Of a stretch of DNA of 64,000 nt, positions 1 to 15,980 are shown in pieces. Source of the stretch: the human T2T-CHM13v2.0 reference genome, Homo sapiens; assembly GCF_009914755.1 (NCBI RefSeq), contig NC_060932.1. One strand, given 5' to 3'. The notes beneath the pieces are model-generated. The model did not search any database, was not told the origin of the DNA, and saw only the letters and a program-made list of their open reading frames with translations. Numbering within the stretch: position 1 is the stretch's first letter; every line of letters starts with the position of its first letter. The position numbers and the translations under genes are program-made.

Positions 1-6
1 AGACTT

Positions 7-1270
<1,264 letters not shown>

Positions 1271-2060
1271 TCAATTCATTATGTCAGAAGTCAGTCCCCT
1301 TAATATTTTAAGTCATTAAACAATTTTTAAAATTCTTAATAAGAGAAAATAAACATTTTACTAGAATGTGTATTGTATAATTAATCATATTTTCTATCAT
1401 TCAAAAGTTAGCATTCAAGTCTGTGAAATACAGTTTGGGAGATGTTAGAATATAGCTAACATTTAAAGCCTTAAAACAGAATACAGTCACTTGGGAATTG
1501 AGTATATATAAAAAGAGATTCTAGAATTGAGCCCTGGAACATTTGAACATTCTATGGTTGATGAGTTGATGTGGAAACAGCAAAGAAACCAGATAGAGTG
1601 GACAATGATTTATGAAAAGAACAAGGAGAGGTGTCCTATGAACCCAGTGTGGGGAAAAAGTGTTTCAAGAAGGAGGGAATATACAACCAGGTCAAATCTT
1701 GCTGTAGTCCAAATAAGGTGAGAACTTAGAATTGTACACTAGATTTGGTCACCTAGTGGTCAGTGGAGATCTTCACAGATGTTATTTCAATGGATTAAGA
1801 TTGATAGAAGTCTTGCTGGAGTGGATTCAGTAGCAAGGAAAGAAGAAAAATTTGTTTTAGCAAGTATAAGTAAATTGGATGACATTCTTCTATGAGAAGA
1901 AAAAAACAATGATAATGGTATAGAAGGAGAATCACATAGGTTCAAGAATGATTTTATTTGATATGAAGCTAGGAAATAAAACATAATTATGTGCTAATTG
2001 TAAGATCTAACTGAGAAAGAAAAATTGTGGTCACTGGACAGATGGGGGGCAATTGCTAGT

Positions 2061-2242
2061 GCAGTGTTTCTCAGACCTTACTGTGCAGCACAATCACCTG
2101 GAAGGTTTGTTAAAATACAGATTACTGGGCTTCCTGATAGAAGTTTTGATTCATAGACCTGGTCTAAGGCCTGGGAATTTGCATTCCTATCAAGTTGCTA
2201 AGTGCTGTTGGCTGCTGTTGGTCTGTGGTTTGATAACTAGTG
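2061..2242. mobile_element. MER5A (hAT-Charlie MITE)
   Basis: cagtgtttctca...aatcacctgga...gttaaaatacagatt...gaatttgcatt. Confidence 0.8.
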
Positions 2243-2268
2243 TGCTAAAACCATACCCTTGCTCAATT

Positions 2269-2326
2269 TCTCTCTCTCTCTCCACACACACGCACACACA
2301 CACATATATATATATATGTATGTATA
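2269..2326. repeat. Compound (CT)n(CA)n(TA)n microsatellite
   Basis: Direct reading. Confidence 0.95.
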
Positions 2327-2789
2327 AACATTAGAGGACTTCATGCTGGATAAAAAAGAAAATGTAGCAGAAATTCACAGGGGCCCACAGGTTTATAGAG
2401 GAAATTGGGAGAATTGGCTTGGAATAGGAGTTCATCCATAGTAATAGAAGAGAAGGCAAGGCATTTGGTCACAGTTAGAGGACATATTACATGTGACGGT
2501 GGGACCTTGTGTAAGTTCCCTTCTGATTGCTTCAATTTTGTAGCTGTAATGGAGTATAAGGTCATTATCTGAGATTGGCGATAGGAGAAGTGGTGTTGGA
2601 TATTTGAGGAGAGAGCCAGAGCCTAAACAGAGTGGAATATTTGGTTGATTCTCTCAAATAGATAAACTTGTGTTCCTAAAATAAATACATTATTTTTATT
2701 CATGTAATACTAAAAGAACAGATTTCAGTGAATCACTAGCTTTTAACTCAAGAATTCTTATTTATTTCAGATAGACTTTAACATGTAGG

Positions 2790-3365
2790 TTTTATATTTC
2801 CCATCCTGAATTATCTCCATCTGCTCAGCAGAGAACAAGGAATAATTATTATTGCTGCATTACATTTTGTACAGTCTAGGTTTCACAGTGGGTTGTAGAA
2901 GCCTGTGTGAGTTGTTGTCATAATCATGATGTAAATATTATGTTTCAAAAGTTTAAAGATTTTTGAAATATAGCTTGACAATTCCAGGTTAACCAAGACA
3001 TTCGAGAATAAAAGAAGTGTTGCCATGTTATTTATGTATCATTTTACTTACTAATATTTACAGCCCACTTATTTCTATTGACGAGTTAAAATCCTATGCC
3101 GAAAATAAGACAGTGAAAACCACAGCAGTTCACCAAAAGGAAACAGGGGTAATAGTAAGCAATCAAGTGAGTCGATTGCTGCCAGCGGCCGTGTATACTA
3201 ATTGTCTATTTCCTGTGCTATGGAAACACTTTCCAGATAGCTATTCTTCTTCTTTGGAAGTGTGTTCATTTTATCTTCTCATAGTGATCATTTAATTCAA
3301 AGGCAGCTGATGAGCACGCAGTATATACTGTACAACCTGTTCACTATTATTAGCTTCTGTGTTAA
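2790..3365 (-). pseudogene. Dynein pseudo-exons: AAA6 core and lid (~3052-3365, ~2790-2901)
   Basis: EANNSEQVVQYILRAHQLPLN*MITM ~ [44 protein letters not shown] ~ FKKLLYGLCFFHALVQERR; donor GTAAGT at 3051; ET*TVQNVMQQ**LFL ~ ETDLRISVQQLHMFL. Confidence 0.65.
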
Positions 3366-3464
3366 CTTAGGAATAATACACTACCACATAAGTAGACATA
3401 AAATTATGAATTTGGCAAAAATAAAATGATAATTGTGGTAAAATACAGGCTGGTTATTTGCAGA

Positions 3465-3942
3465 GTATATCGATTAACTTTGTTAGGTAACACGCCATAA
3501 AAATTAGTTTTTAAAACCAACCCTTTATCTCAAAGTTTTGGGGGTGGAATTTTGGGTTGAATTCCTCTGCTTTTGTTCTTGTGGTCTGGGTTGAGCTCAT
3601 TCACGTGTCTGCAGTTATCTGCTAGTTTGGCTGGTTGCTACCTGGCTGGTTTGTCTCTGCCCCCTGTGGTCTTTGATTCTCCTGTAAACCAGAGGTTGAT
3701 CACATGACGATGGCAGGGTTCTAAGAGAAAGGACAGGAGTGTGCAACATCTGTTAACACTTACACTAGAGAATGGCGCATGACCACTGGTCAAAGCAAGT
3801 CACAAGGACAGCTGACAGTTAACAGGTAAGAAGGAGAAAAAAAAAACTCCCTCTGAATGGGAAGAGCTGAAAAGTCCCATTACAAAGGAGCTTGTTTACA
3901 GGAAGATGAATAACTTTAGCTATTGTTGCAAAAATCTACCAC
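3465..3942 (-). mobile_element. MLT1H-like MaLR LTR
   Basis: caaagcaagtcacaagg, tgggaagagctg and terminal aatctaccaca. Confidence 0.7.
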
Positions 3943-4322
3943 ACTGAAATATTAATCAGAAGAACAATTATAGTATAATAATTAGAAATGATCAAGAGAA
4001 AAGGCAACGGAAATAAGATAGTAGGAGATGTACTGAAGGAAAAAGACTATTTCACTTTTTCAAATACCAGATAATGTAATTTATTGTAGAGAAAAAAACA
4101 CCCTCGGATTCGGAGTTAGCTTGGTCACTTATGGGGAGTTTAGGGCATAGTGTTTATTTTGTCTTGAGGGATGTGGACCAAATATGACATAGCGTGTGTG
4201 ATTCTGACCACACTGAGACTTCATTTTTTTCTCCTACTGTTTCTTTGTGCTTTATCCAGCGGTACTAATCTCCCCTTGCTTTTTGATAAATCTCTGGAAG
4301 ATCCAGTGGCTTTTCTGCTTAC

Positions 4323-4432
4323 TCTTGATTAAGACCTATTGACACTTTAAACAGATGTAGTCTCAATTCAGTCATTAAAATGTCGAGGCAATCAAACTCC
4401 AAACTTAATATAAAGCTTCTGTCATCCTTCAG
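4323..4432 (-). pseudogene. Dynein pseudo-exon: AAA6 start
   Basis: Acceptor CCTTCATCTCCAG, donor GA|GTAAGC, open frame; RSFILSL...LFKVSIGLNQ ~ APLIFVL...LSSLSLGQGQ. Confidence 0.7.
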
Positions 4433-4551
4433 CTGGAGATGAAGGCTATAGTGGGATAGGGGCATCATCCTCTGCTGTCTACTTTTGTCACACTCACCTC
4501 CTCTCCTGCTAGCTAGCTGCCCAGGTCTAAGGGGTAACTTGGGAGGACAGG

Positions 4552-4998
4552 TGTATTCGTGTGCTACGGCTGCCATAACTAATTGCCATAACTGAGGGGC
4601 TTAAACAAATAGTTACCTTCTCACAGTTCTGGATACTAGAAGTTCAAGATCAAAGTGTTGGAAGGGTTAATTCCTCCAAAGACCTGCAAGGGAGAGTTTT
4701 TCCCATGCAGAGATTTTCTGGCGATCTTTGATTTTCCTTGTCTGGTAGATGTACTACCTAGATCTCTGCATTTATATTCTCATGACATTTCCTTGTGTTC
4801 TGTTTGTATCTTCACATGGCATTATTTAATAAGGACATCAGTCATATTGGATACTGGGCCCTCTCTACCCCAGGATGACATTAGCTTAACCAATTATATG
4901 TGCGACAACTCTGTTTCCAAAGAAGGTCATGTTCTGAAGTACTGGGAGTTAGGACTGCAACATCTGAATTTTGGGAAGACACAACTGAATCCATGCAA
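4552..4998 (-). mobile_element. MLT1B/C MaLR LTR
   Basis: ggctgccataac...tctcacagttctgga..ctagaagttcaagatcaa...aaggtcatgttctgaagtactggg. Confidence 0.85.
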
Positions 4999-5372
4999 TA
5001 GGCAGAGGGATTGCATTTTTGATGTCAAGGGGTGAAATCATAAGCTAGCTTCGGCTTCCTGGGCCTAGAAGTTAAAAATTTAAGGCTGGCCTCTTTTTTC
5101 AAGCTAAATCTTTCTCGCACAAGCATGCCATTTTTGTGTACTCTTCTACAATCCCCTGCCAGGCCCAGGGTGCCCACTTTTGACATTCATTTTGAGCAGA
5201 CGAAGGAGCTAAGCAGAAAGAGCAGTTTGAAACATAATTCCAGGCCAAATCTGCTCACTTGACAGCATTCATTGGTTTGAAGGTTGCACACACTCAGACA
5301 ATGAAGGTACTTTAAAAAATGTCATTTAATTGCTAAGAATCATGTAAGGCTACATCCCACAGAGATGTCTTT

Positions 5373-5374
<2 letters not shown>

Positions 5375-5428
<54 letters not shown>
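5375..5428. repeat. (AT)n microsatellite
   Basis: Perfect AT run of about 27 units. Confidence 0.98.
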
Positions 5429-5431
<3 letters not shown>

Positions 5432-5842
5432 AAAGAAAATATATATATTTTCACAAAGAGTTTGGTGTAATCTGGCAGTGTATCTGGCTAGGACCCACCA
5501 TCCTAAAGTTCCCTTTAACCTGGGCAGATACATCTAGGTGGACATTTGTTACTCTTCTCATCCCATGGACAGGTGGAAGTGCATATCCAACCACTCTATT
5601 TTAAAGTGTCCTTGCTCTTGCAGATAGCTCTATATTGCTCAGGACACGAGATGACCTCTAACGTTAAGACTCCCACCTTTGCAGTGTACCTTATGTCTTG
5701 TTAAAAACTTGATATCCTCACACATCACCTGTACCAGCATCTTCTGGGAGGGTGGATTGATGCTGAAGCAACACCACACTTCCAGCTTCATCACCAAAGC
5801 GCTTCGTCGGGACAGTCCACAGTCAACGTTCCATTTTCACTT

Positions 5843-6241
5843 GGACATAGTTTGGATGTGTGTCCCCTCTAAATCTCAGGTTGAAATGTGATCCCCAAAG
5901 CTGGATGTGGGGCCTGGTGGGAGGTGTTTGGGTCACAGGGATGGATCCCTCATGAATGGTTTGCTGCCCTCTCTGTGGTTAATGAGTTATCACATGGTCT
6001 GATTGTCAAAGAGTCTGGGACCTTCTCCCTCTCTTTTGGTTACTCTCTGTCCATGTGACGTACGTATTCTCTCTTTGCTTTCTGTCATGAGTAAAAGCTT
6101 CCCGAGGCCTCACCAGAAGCTGAGCAGATGCTGGTGCCATGTTCGTACAGCCTGCAGCACCATGAGCCAAAGACACCACTTTTCTTTAGAAATTACCCAG
6201 CCTCACATATTTCTTTATACCAATGCAAAACGGACTAACAC
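5843..6241 (+). mobile_element. MSTB-like MaLR LTR
   Basis: tagtttggatgtgtgtcccc...gaggcctcaccagaagctgagcagatgctggtgccatg...aattacccagcctca...ggactaaca. Confidence 0.9.
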
Positions 6242-7580
6242 TCTCTGAGATATCAAAACACACTAGTTCACTGCATTTTTCAACTTCAAAGTTAACCCCC
6301 TAAAGCTTGGAGTTTGGTAACATTTTCTCACTTGTCCTAACAGAGGATCAAGGAGACAGATTGGAAAATGAGTATATGTGTGTAAGGAATATTCATGGCC
6401 CCCAGTTTTTCCCAGGGTATCTCTTTAAAACTCTCCTGACAGAAACTTCTGTAAGTCCTCCATTAGGGGTTTGTATTCTTCATCTTACTGAGGTGTCTAA
6501 GATACATGGACCTGTTCTCAGGACCATTTTCTTTATAAATCTGCACATGCTTGCATTTTCTTACACTCTCTTTTATGTGCTGTTTTATGTCTTCTTGGCA
6601 CCTCAATTAAAATTGAGACTGGGAGGATAACATGCCCGTTTAGATTTTGTGTATAAACAGATTTTTTGTTTTTTAATTTTTTTTTTTGTGACGGCGGTAG
6701 CTGGGAATGTTTTACAAGATGGCTTCATGAGCCTCAGTTCTGAGGAGCAACTTGGAAAGCTGTATCCATTCTACATAGCCATTTGACCCTTCTCTAGGTT
6801 GTTGCTTACCTATTGCTTTTGGAAAGGGCAGAGTATTTAGTGGAACATAATGGTATATTGAACCAGATGCCCTGGATATTAGCTCTCTGGTGTTAACATT
6901 GGCTTCATTTTACTTTTCATAAAATTGTGTGGTCTAGCTGAACTATGAAGTTCCTTCCAAGTTTGTTTTGTAACTTCAGATTAAGCTAAGCTATAATTTA
7001 TTTGGCTCAGAACGTGTTTCTGAGCTAAATTATCCCCTTAAACTAGTTGAGTGATGTTTATGTCATAGTGTATATAGAACACTAAGTTGAAATCTATATG
7101 GTAGCTAATGGAGAAAAATTAGTTGTAGAAAAGAGAATAACTTCAGTCTGTCAAATTTCTTTTAATGAAGATTTTTTGAAAAATTTTTCCCGTTTCCTCA
7201 TTATATAAATAAATGTAACCTTTTATACCGAACTTAGAGTTTAATTGAAAATGTCATAGAAGATAATGCAACCATATTCCTTTGTATAGCAATTATGTAA
7301 GCCATATTAGTAGTGATAGGGATATTTCAAAAAATGTAAGGGTATAGGTTTTTAAGAAAAGGTTTTTTAAAACATTTGCAAACTTATGAAGCCGTGAAAA
7401 AAAGTCATTTTGTGGCATGAATAGTATGTAGATTAAAGCACCTTATGCTTTATTTTGCTTTGGATTAGAGCTACCAGGAAGTAGGGATTATTCTGAATAT
7501 CTTAATAAATCTTATTCAGGAGAAGGGAAGAGTAGAAAAACACTACAGTGATAAATGGTAAAGAAACAGCTATCACTCAC

Positions 7581-8668
7581 ATTAACCAGTACAGGAGGAT
7601 GTTTGAGATTTTTATGGTTTGCACAGTGACCTTAGATTGTCCGTGCCTAGATAAATGTATGTATAATTGATTTGATTTATGGTAAATTAATTTGAGGCTC
7701 CAGGTCTTAGTGATATTGTTATATTTCCAAAGAAAAATTTTATTGTTCTTTTTTAAACCACTGCTATTTTTCTTGCACAACATATATTTGTTTCATGTAC
7801 TACCTAGCAATAAGCTTAGTTAAAGCATTTTGAAATTTAATTAAAACTAAGATTTTCAACATTTATAGGAATTAGTTCATTAAATTATGATTGCTTTATA
7901 TATAGGTTTATACTGTGGTCCTAAAATGAGCTTTTAAGCATTTTACCATGCAGGAGAGTGATTAGTCTGTATCTTCACAGTACACTAAATCAATGCACAC
8001 TATCACACATAGAATTTCAAGAGTGATCATCCACATTTTCTTTCTTCTTTTTAAGATGGAGTTTTGCTCTTGTTGTCCAGGCTAGAGTACAATGGCATGA
8101 TCTCAGCTCACTGCAACCTCCACCTCCCAGGTTCAAGCGTGATTCTCCTGCCTCAGCCTCCCAAGTAGCTGGGATTACAGGCATGTGCCACCACACCCAG
8201 CTAATTTTTGTATTTTTGGTAGAGAGGGGGTTTCTCCATGTTGGCTAGGCTGGTCTTGAACTCACGACCTCAGGTGATCCACCTGTCTCAGCCTCCCAAA
8301 CTGTGGGGATTACAGGCATGAGCCACCGTGTCCAGCCCACATTTTCTTAAAAGAAGTCTTTAATGGGAACAAATGATTCACAAGTCCCTTTTCTTCCCAA
8401 AATTTCATCAAGTTAGTGAAAATTTAGTCATATCGATCATTTCGAAGTAGTAGAAAAAAAGACTAAAAAAGCCCCTGTAGGTGGCAGTCAAACTCTAAAT
8501 AATCAATTAAGTTTTCTGCTTGTTAGTTAATTGCTATCCTTGCAACATACGTTGAGTTTTAAAAAGACAAACAACACTTTAAAATTCTTTGCTGCTATTT
8601 CCAACACATCTGAGTTTTTAAATTTCTTCTACACATTCATTTATGTAAGAAGTACTATATAAAACTTC
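7581..8668 (-). pseudogene. Probable dynein pseudo-exons: AAA5 lid (~8370-8668 and ~7581-7790)
   Basis: Acceptor TTTCTAACTTTCAG at 8669 and donor GTGAGT at 7580; weak collinear similarity (KTWSLKL ~ EEWEDKA). Confidence 0.45.
8042..8336 (-). mobile_element. AluS
   Basis: Full length; TSD ccacattttct on both sides. Confidence 0.95.
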
Positions 8669-9099
8669 CTGAAAGTTAGAAATAAGTATGATATGTAATA
8701 CGTTAGTACTTCTCCATCAATTGAATTAGAAAAATACGTTTGTTACGTTTTTGTTACGACTTATCAAGTCATTTAAAGTAATTTAATATGTAGAGTACAA
8801 AAAGTCAATTTTACCTAACTTTCAAGTAAAAATATATTTTTATATATTTTTCTTTTCATAGCAGTAACCACTTACATTGTTGCTTTAGAAAAGCCACTGA
8901 CATTAATTTTCATCTTAAAAATCTTACATGCTAGTAAGAATGTGGTTATTGCTTTCAGATACTTAAAGCAATATGACTGTCTTCTAATATGCCTATCTTT
9001 TTACAAATCACTACAGTTAAGTTTCACTTTAATGCAACACCTTATATTAGGTTAGGTTAACATCTGCAAACAGATTATTTTCTCTCTTTTCAATTCAAA

Positions 9100-12000
9100 T
9101 GCGTTTTTCCCTGTTCTTGCTTAATTTCTCTGCCTAGGACTTTCAGTACTATGTTGAATGACAGTGGCGAAAGTAGGCATCCTTGTCCTGTTCCATTTCT
9201 TAGGGAAGAGTTAACAATATGATGTTAGTTGTGGATTTGTGTATTTGACCTCTCCTGTGTTAATGCATGTTCTTCTGTACCTAATTTGTTGAGAGTTCTT
9301 ATGAAGGGAAGGTGAATTATATCAAATGCTTTTTCAGCATCTGTTGAGATGATCATATGATTTTTGTTCTTCATTCTGTTGATGTGACGTATCATATTTA
9401 TGTATTAATTTTAAACCATCCTTACATCCCTGGAATGAATCCCACCTAATTATGGTGTATTATCTTTTTGAAGTGCTGTTGGAATTGGTTTGTTAGCATT
9501 TGGTATAGGAGTTTTGCATCTGTGTACATCAAGGATATAGGCTTGTAGTTTTCTCTTTTTGTTGTGACCTCGTCTGCTTTGGTATTAGGGTGATGCTGGC
9601 CTCATAGAATAAGTTAGGGAAAATTTATTCCTTTTCTTTTGGAATAGTCTGAAAATAATTGGTGTTATTTAAAAGTTCGGTAGAATTTAGCAGTAAATCT
9701 ATACAGTCCTGAGCTTTGCTTTGTCAAGAGTATTTTTGTTACTGGTTCAATCTCCTTAATTATTGTTGGTCAAAGTTTTCTATTTCTTCCTGGTTCATTC
9801 TTATAGTTCATACATATTTAAGAATTTATCCACTTCCTCTAGGCTTTCCAAGTGGTTGGTATGTAGTTGCTCATAATAGTCTCTAATGATCTTTTGTTAT
9901 TTCTATGGTATCAGTTGTAAGTTTCCTTTTTTCATTTTTGATTTTATTTGGGTCTTTCCTCTTTTCTTAGTCTAGGTAATGGTTTGTCAATTTTATCTTT
10001 TTAAAAAGCAACTTTTTGCTTTGTTGATCTTTTGTATCTTTTGTCTCTGTTTTTAATTTTGTTCCAATCTTTATTTTCTTCTACTAAATTTGGGTTTGGG
10101 TTGTTCTTCCTTTTCTAGTTCCTAGAGGTGCATAATTAGGTTGCATATTTGAAATCATTCTTCTTTCTACTGCATGTTTTTCTTTTCTATGTAGAATCTT
10201 TTTCCAGCATTTTACTTTGTTTTGTGGGTCTTTATACATGAAGTGGGTTTCTTGCAGGCAGCATGTAGTTGGGTCTTCTGTTTTTACTTATTTAGTCAGT
10301 TTATATCTTTTAATTGAAGAATTTAAACTGTTTACATTCAAGGTTATTGACAGGTGAGGACTTATTTCTGTCATTTTTCTTGATAATTTTTAGGTGGTTT
10401 TGTATATCCTTTGTTCATTTCTTTCTCTTATTTTTCCAGTTAGGTAGTTAGTGTTTATAGTAAAAACATTTGATTCCTTTCTCTTTGTCATTTATGTATT
10501 TGCTTTACCAGTGAATTTTATATTTTTATATGCTTTCACGATGGCAGGTATCATCCTTCTGCTTTGAGATGTGAAACTCCCTTAGGCGTTTCCTGTAGGG
10601 CAGATCTAGTGGTGATAGATTCCCTCAGCTTTTGTTTGTCTGGGAAAGGCTTTATTTATCCTTAATTTCTGAAGGACAGCTTTGCTGTGTACAGTATTCT
10701 CAGCAGAAGTTTTTTTGTTTCAGCACTTTGAATATATAATTCCATCTCTCCTGGCCTACAAAGTTACTGCTTAGAAATCTGTTAGTCTGATGAGAATTCC
10801 ACTATATGTGACGTGATGCTCTTCTCTTGCTGTTATTAGAATTATGTCTTTGACTTTTGACAGTTTGACTATGATATGTCACAGGAAGGACTTCTTTGGT
10901 TTGATTCTATTTGAGCATCTTTGAGCTTACTGTATCTAAATGTGTGTATCTTTCCCAAGATTTAGATAGTTTTCAGCTATTATGTTATTAAATCAGTGTT
11001 CTATGCCTTATTCCCATCTCTTCTCCTTCTGGAACTCCGCAAATGTGAACACCTTTTCACTTAATGGCATCCAATATGTTATGCAATCTTTCTTCATTCT
11101 TTTTAATTCTTTATTTTTGTCTGGGTTACTTCAAAAGACCTGTCTGAAAGTTCAGAAATTCTTTTCTTCTGTTTGATTTAGTATATTGAAGATCTCGATT
11201 GTATTTTTGTATTTCATTAATTGAATTCTTCAGTCTCAACATTTCTAATTGTTTTTAATGATATCTATCTCTATGCTGAATTTCTTATTCAGATCATAGA
11301 TTGCTTCCCTGGTTTCTTTGAATTGTCTACTTGTGTTCTCCTGTATCTCAGTGACTCCCCTTTAGGGCATTTTTTTTTTTTTTTTTTTTTTTGCATTTCT
11401 TTTCAGGCATTTCATAGGTTTTCTTCTGTTTAGAGTCTGCTACTGGAAAATTACTGTATTCCTTTGGAGGAGTCATCTTCTAGGTTTTCCCCATTTCTTG
11501 TGTCCATACATTCATATCTGTACATCTGGTGTAACAGTCACTTATTCTAATATTGTGGAATAGCTTTCATAAGGAAATACTTTTTTCCCCTGTAGATATA
11601 TCTGTAGTGTTGATTAGGTAGATTTGGCTTTGGTTTTGAGCGGACCTAATAGTCTCCACACAATATCTTTGGCTCTAATCCGTATCACCAGTGTCTGCAA
11701 ATTTCTTAGTAACTGACGTTGTGGTGGTTTGTGGAGGCTATGCCATGGCTTTACTGTGGAGGGGAATGCCAGGCAGGCTAATCCTTGGGCCACTGGGGGC
11801 TGTGTGGGAGCCCCATCACTGAAGGGTCGGGGTTGCTGGTGGTGCTGAAACTCTAGGTGGGTGGCTCTCAGGTTTTGGTGAATGAGTGCCTTAGCTCTCT
11901 GTTTTGGGGGCAGCCTCCCTGATATACTGAAGTGCTTATTCTCTGAGGTGTAGGGTGCTATATAGGCTCGGGTGCTAAGGACACTGTTGCACCTCTATGT

Positions 12001-12669
12001 CCAGCAGATGCCATGATGCTATAGTCCTATGGGTGGATGTGGAGGGATGCTGGTGGGGCGTCAGTAATGTGGATACGCCGGGCCTATTGGGCCTTAGAGT
12101 GCGATACTCTTGTGGCTCTGGTCTCAGAAAGGTTCTATGCTATATTTTGGTTGTGACCACCACAACAAAAAAATTCACTGTTGCACATGGAGATGTACAT
12201 GGTATTATGTATACTTCTGCATTTTCACACACAAAAAAAATAGGATTAAGGTTAGATCAGTTTGAGTCCTGGGGGAATGACAGGGATTTAGTGTAAATAT
12301 CCTTTCTGGAATAATGCAGTCACATGCACTCCAGGCAGCTCCTTACAAAAGGTGCATGGCCTGTGAGGAATAAGGGGCTCTCCTGAGATAGAACTGCAGG
12401 CACCTGGGGTGGAAATGTGGAGTGCTGAAGGTCTCTCACTTCTTCCCTGTAATGGAGAATCTCACTTGATACTAAGCCAATCCCTCTGGCTGTTTCATTT
12501 CTGTTTCTAGGCTGACATTTCAAGTTTCTCTGCCTCAGAGTGTCATTTTGCTGCTGAATTCCAATATTCTCCCTTAGATGCTCTATTTAATGTGTGTGTA
12601 TCTATCTGTTGTTTTGATTCTTCCTTGTGGAGGAGGCTAGTGTTGGGCATCTCTAGTCAGCCATCTTGA
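9100..12669 (-). mobile_element. L1M/L1MA element: 5'UTR, ORF1 and part of ORF2, internally deleted
   Basis: Antisense ORF2 text from 9100, jump to endonuclease region near 10190, ORF1 to ~11500, 5' terminus gccatctt at ~12660-12668. Confidence 0.85.
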
Positions 12670-12689
12670 TCGAAAGGAGTCAATATTTT

Positions 12690-13800
<1,111 letters not shown>

Positions 13801-14079
13801 ACTATTCTGTTGTTTTGCAATGAGGTGTGTGTCAGAGAATGCTAGATGCCTATTTAGTATTCATTGTCTTTTTGTTTACTAACTGAACTCCATTTTTTGT
13901 AGAAATTTTGTGCAGTTATAACACATTTTCAGCATTCCTTGTAGCTAAGTGGGGCCTTTTAACCCTTCAAAATAGGAAATAAATAATCCTGCTTTGCCCT
14001 AGACTTCATTTAATATTTACTGAACTTCTGGTATGTGCTAATTATTATCTATGTAGAAGATGGTATGCCAGGTCAGATT

Positions 14080-14300
14080 TTTTAAATGTCAGTAAATTCC
14101 CATTGATTTTCAAAAGAATTTCATACTTTCAAGATACAGCTGAGAGGGTAGAAAAATCCGTCTATAGGTATAGTAAATGACACTTTTGAGGTTTGCTCCT
14201 CTGCACTTAAGTAATTTATTATAATTACTCTATGCCCTTAATATCTATTCTGGAAAATATAACCACAGTCTGATTTCTATTGAGGTAGCCTCAGTATATA
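14080..14300 (-). pseudogene. Probable dynein pseudo-exon: AAA5 start
   Basis: ATSIEIRLW ~ EAVTIRTW; FTIPIDG ~ WPLMIDP. Confidence 0.45.
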
Positions 14301-14380
14301 TTCAAGGGAAAATAATGATTTAGACTGCGTTTTTTTTTAGGGTATGCAAAAATATAATATACGTGGCTATGTGTGTGTAC

Positions 14381-15980
14381 TTGCATGAATTGTTCATTTC
14401 TTTCAATTAAAATTTCCATAATAGGTAGAGGATGCAAGCCTTTTAGTAAATGCTTCACAGTTATCTGTATTTTCTATTCTGTTGTATTTTTTTTTGATGG
14501 TAAAGAGATACTAATTCATCCTCTCTGTGAATTCTTCTATGCAATTGAGGACTGTTTTTCCTTTATCGTTAATAATCTTCTTAGGCTTATCCATCTTAGT
14601 ATATATTATTTTCTATCGGGGTAAATTCAGCCAGATATCGGGCAAAATTCACCCCCAATATTTCACTTAGCTTCTTTTCTATTTTCCCTAAGTGTTGGCT
14701 GGTTTGAGAAATAAAGGGACAGAGTACAAAAGAGAGAAATTTTAAAGCTGGGCGTCCGGGGGAGACATCACACGTCGGTAGGTTCCGTGATGCCCCCCGA
14801 GCCGTAAAACCAGCAAGTTTTTATTAGTGATTTTCAAAAGGGGAGGGAGTGTACAAATAGGGTGTGGGTCACAGAGATCACGTGCTTCACGAGGTAATAA
14901 AATATCACAAGGCAAATGGAGGCAGGGCGAGATCACAGGACCACAGGCCCGGGAGGAAATTATAATTGCTAATGAAGTTTCGGGCACCATTGTCATTGAT
15001 AACATCTTATCAGGAGACAGGGTTTGAGAGCAACCGGTCTGACCAAAATTTATTAGGTGGGAATTTCCTTGTCCTAATAAGCCTGGGAGTGCTATGGGAG
15101 ACTGGGGCTTATTTCATCCCTACAGTATCGACCATAGAAGATGACACACCCAAGGGGGCCATTTCAGAGGCCCACCCTCAGGGGCGCATTCTCTTTCTCA
15201 GGGATGTTCCTTGCTGAGAAAAAGAATTCAGTGATATTTCTCCCATTTGCTTTTGAAAGAAGAGAAATATGGCTCTGTTCTGCCCAGCTCACTGGCAGTC
15301 AGAGTTTAAGGTTATCTTTCTTATTCCCTGAACATTGCTGTTATCCTGTTCTTTTTTCAAGGAGCCCAGATTTCATATTGTTCAAACACACATGCTTTAC
15401 AATTTGTGCCGTTAGCGCAATTATCACATGGTCCTGAGGCAACATACATCCTCCTCGGCTTACGAGGTGGCAAGATTAAGAGATTAAAGTAAAGAGAGAC
15501 ATAGGAAATCACAAGGGTATTTACTGGGGAAGTGATAAGTGTCCATGAAATCTTCATAATTTGTGTTTAGACACTGCAGTAAAGACAAGCATAAGAAATT
15601 ATAAAAGTATTAATTTGGGGAACTAATAAATGTCCATGAAATCTTCACAATCCACGTTCCTCTGCCATGGCTTCAGCCGGTCCCTCCATTTGGGGTCCGT
15701 GACTTCCCGCAACAATTTTCTGCCATTTAGATTGTTGAATCTTCTTCACAATCTTCATGAGCCTCTTCAATTTTAGCTGTTAGAGATAAACATTTACTAT
15801 TTGCTCAATTTTTAAAAGATTTTCAAAATGAATCCTTTCTCAGTGAAAATGTTCTGGTACTATCCATAAATGCCATGTCAAAAAACAAAATGCAGTATTT
15901 TTACATTTCTCAATTAGTCTTTTCCAAAGATATATGATCTTTTCTAATCTACAAACACTTTTATAAGCCATCATGAATGT
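14381..15980 (-). pseudogene. Dynein pseudo-exon: MTBD end and stalk CC2, split by the MER11 LTR
   Basis: Acceptor CCATTTTTAG; IEKCKNTAFCFLTWHLWI ~ IRNASTAAEGLCKWVIAM; TKMDKPKKIINDKG ~ KKLERAEQLIGGLG; LASSTYYGNFN ~ SSGVVAYLGAFT. Confidence 0.7.
14614..15714 (-). mobile_element. MER11 solo LTR (HERV-K HML-8)
   Basis: Reverse complement starts TGTTGCGGGAAGTCACGGACCCC..GGAGGGACCGGCTGAAGCCATGGCAGA; 6-bp TSD attttc at 14608-14613 and 15715-15720. Confidence 0.93.

Larger units (their letters stand above)
1430..2640 (-). mobile_element. L2 fragments
   Basis: Typical antisense L2 text (gtgtttcaagaaggaggga...aaataaggtgagaact...agatttgg); interrupted by MER5A and a microsatellite. Confidence 0.75.

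Noticed and set aside
5333-5604. ORFs with IYIYIY runs
   Set aside because: Artefacts of the (AT)n microsatellite.
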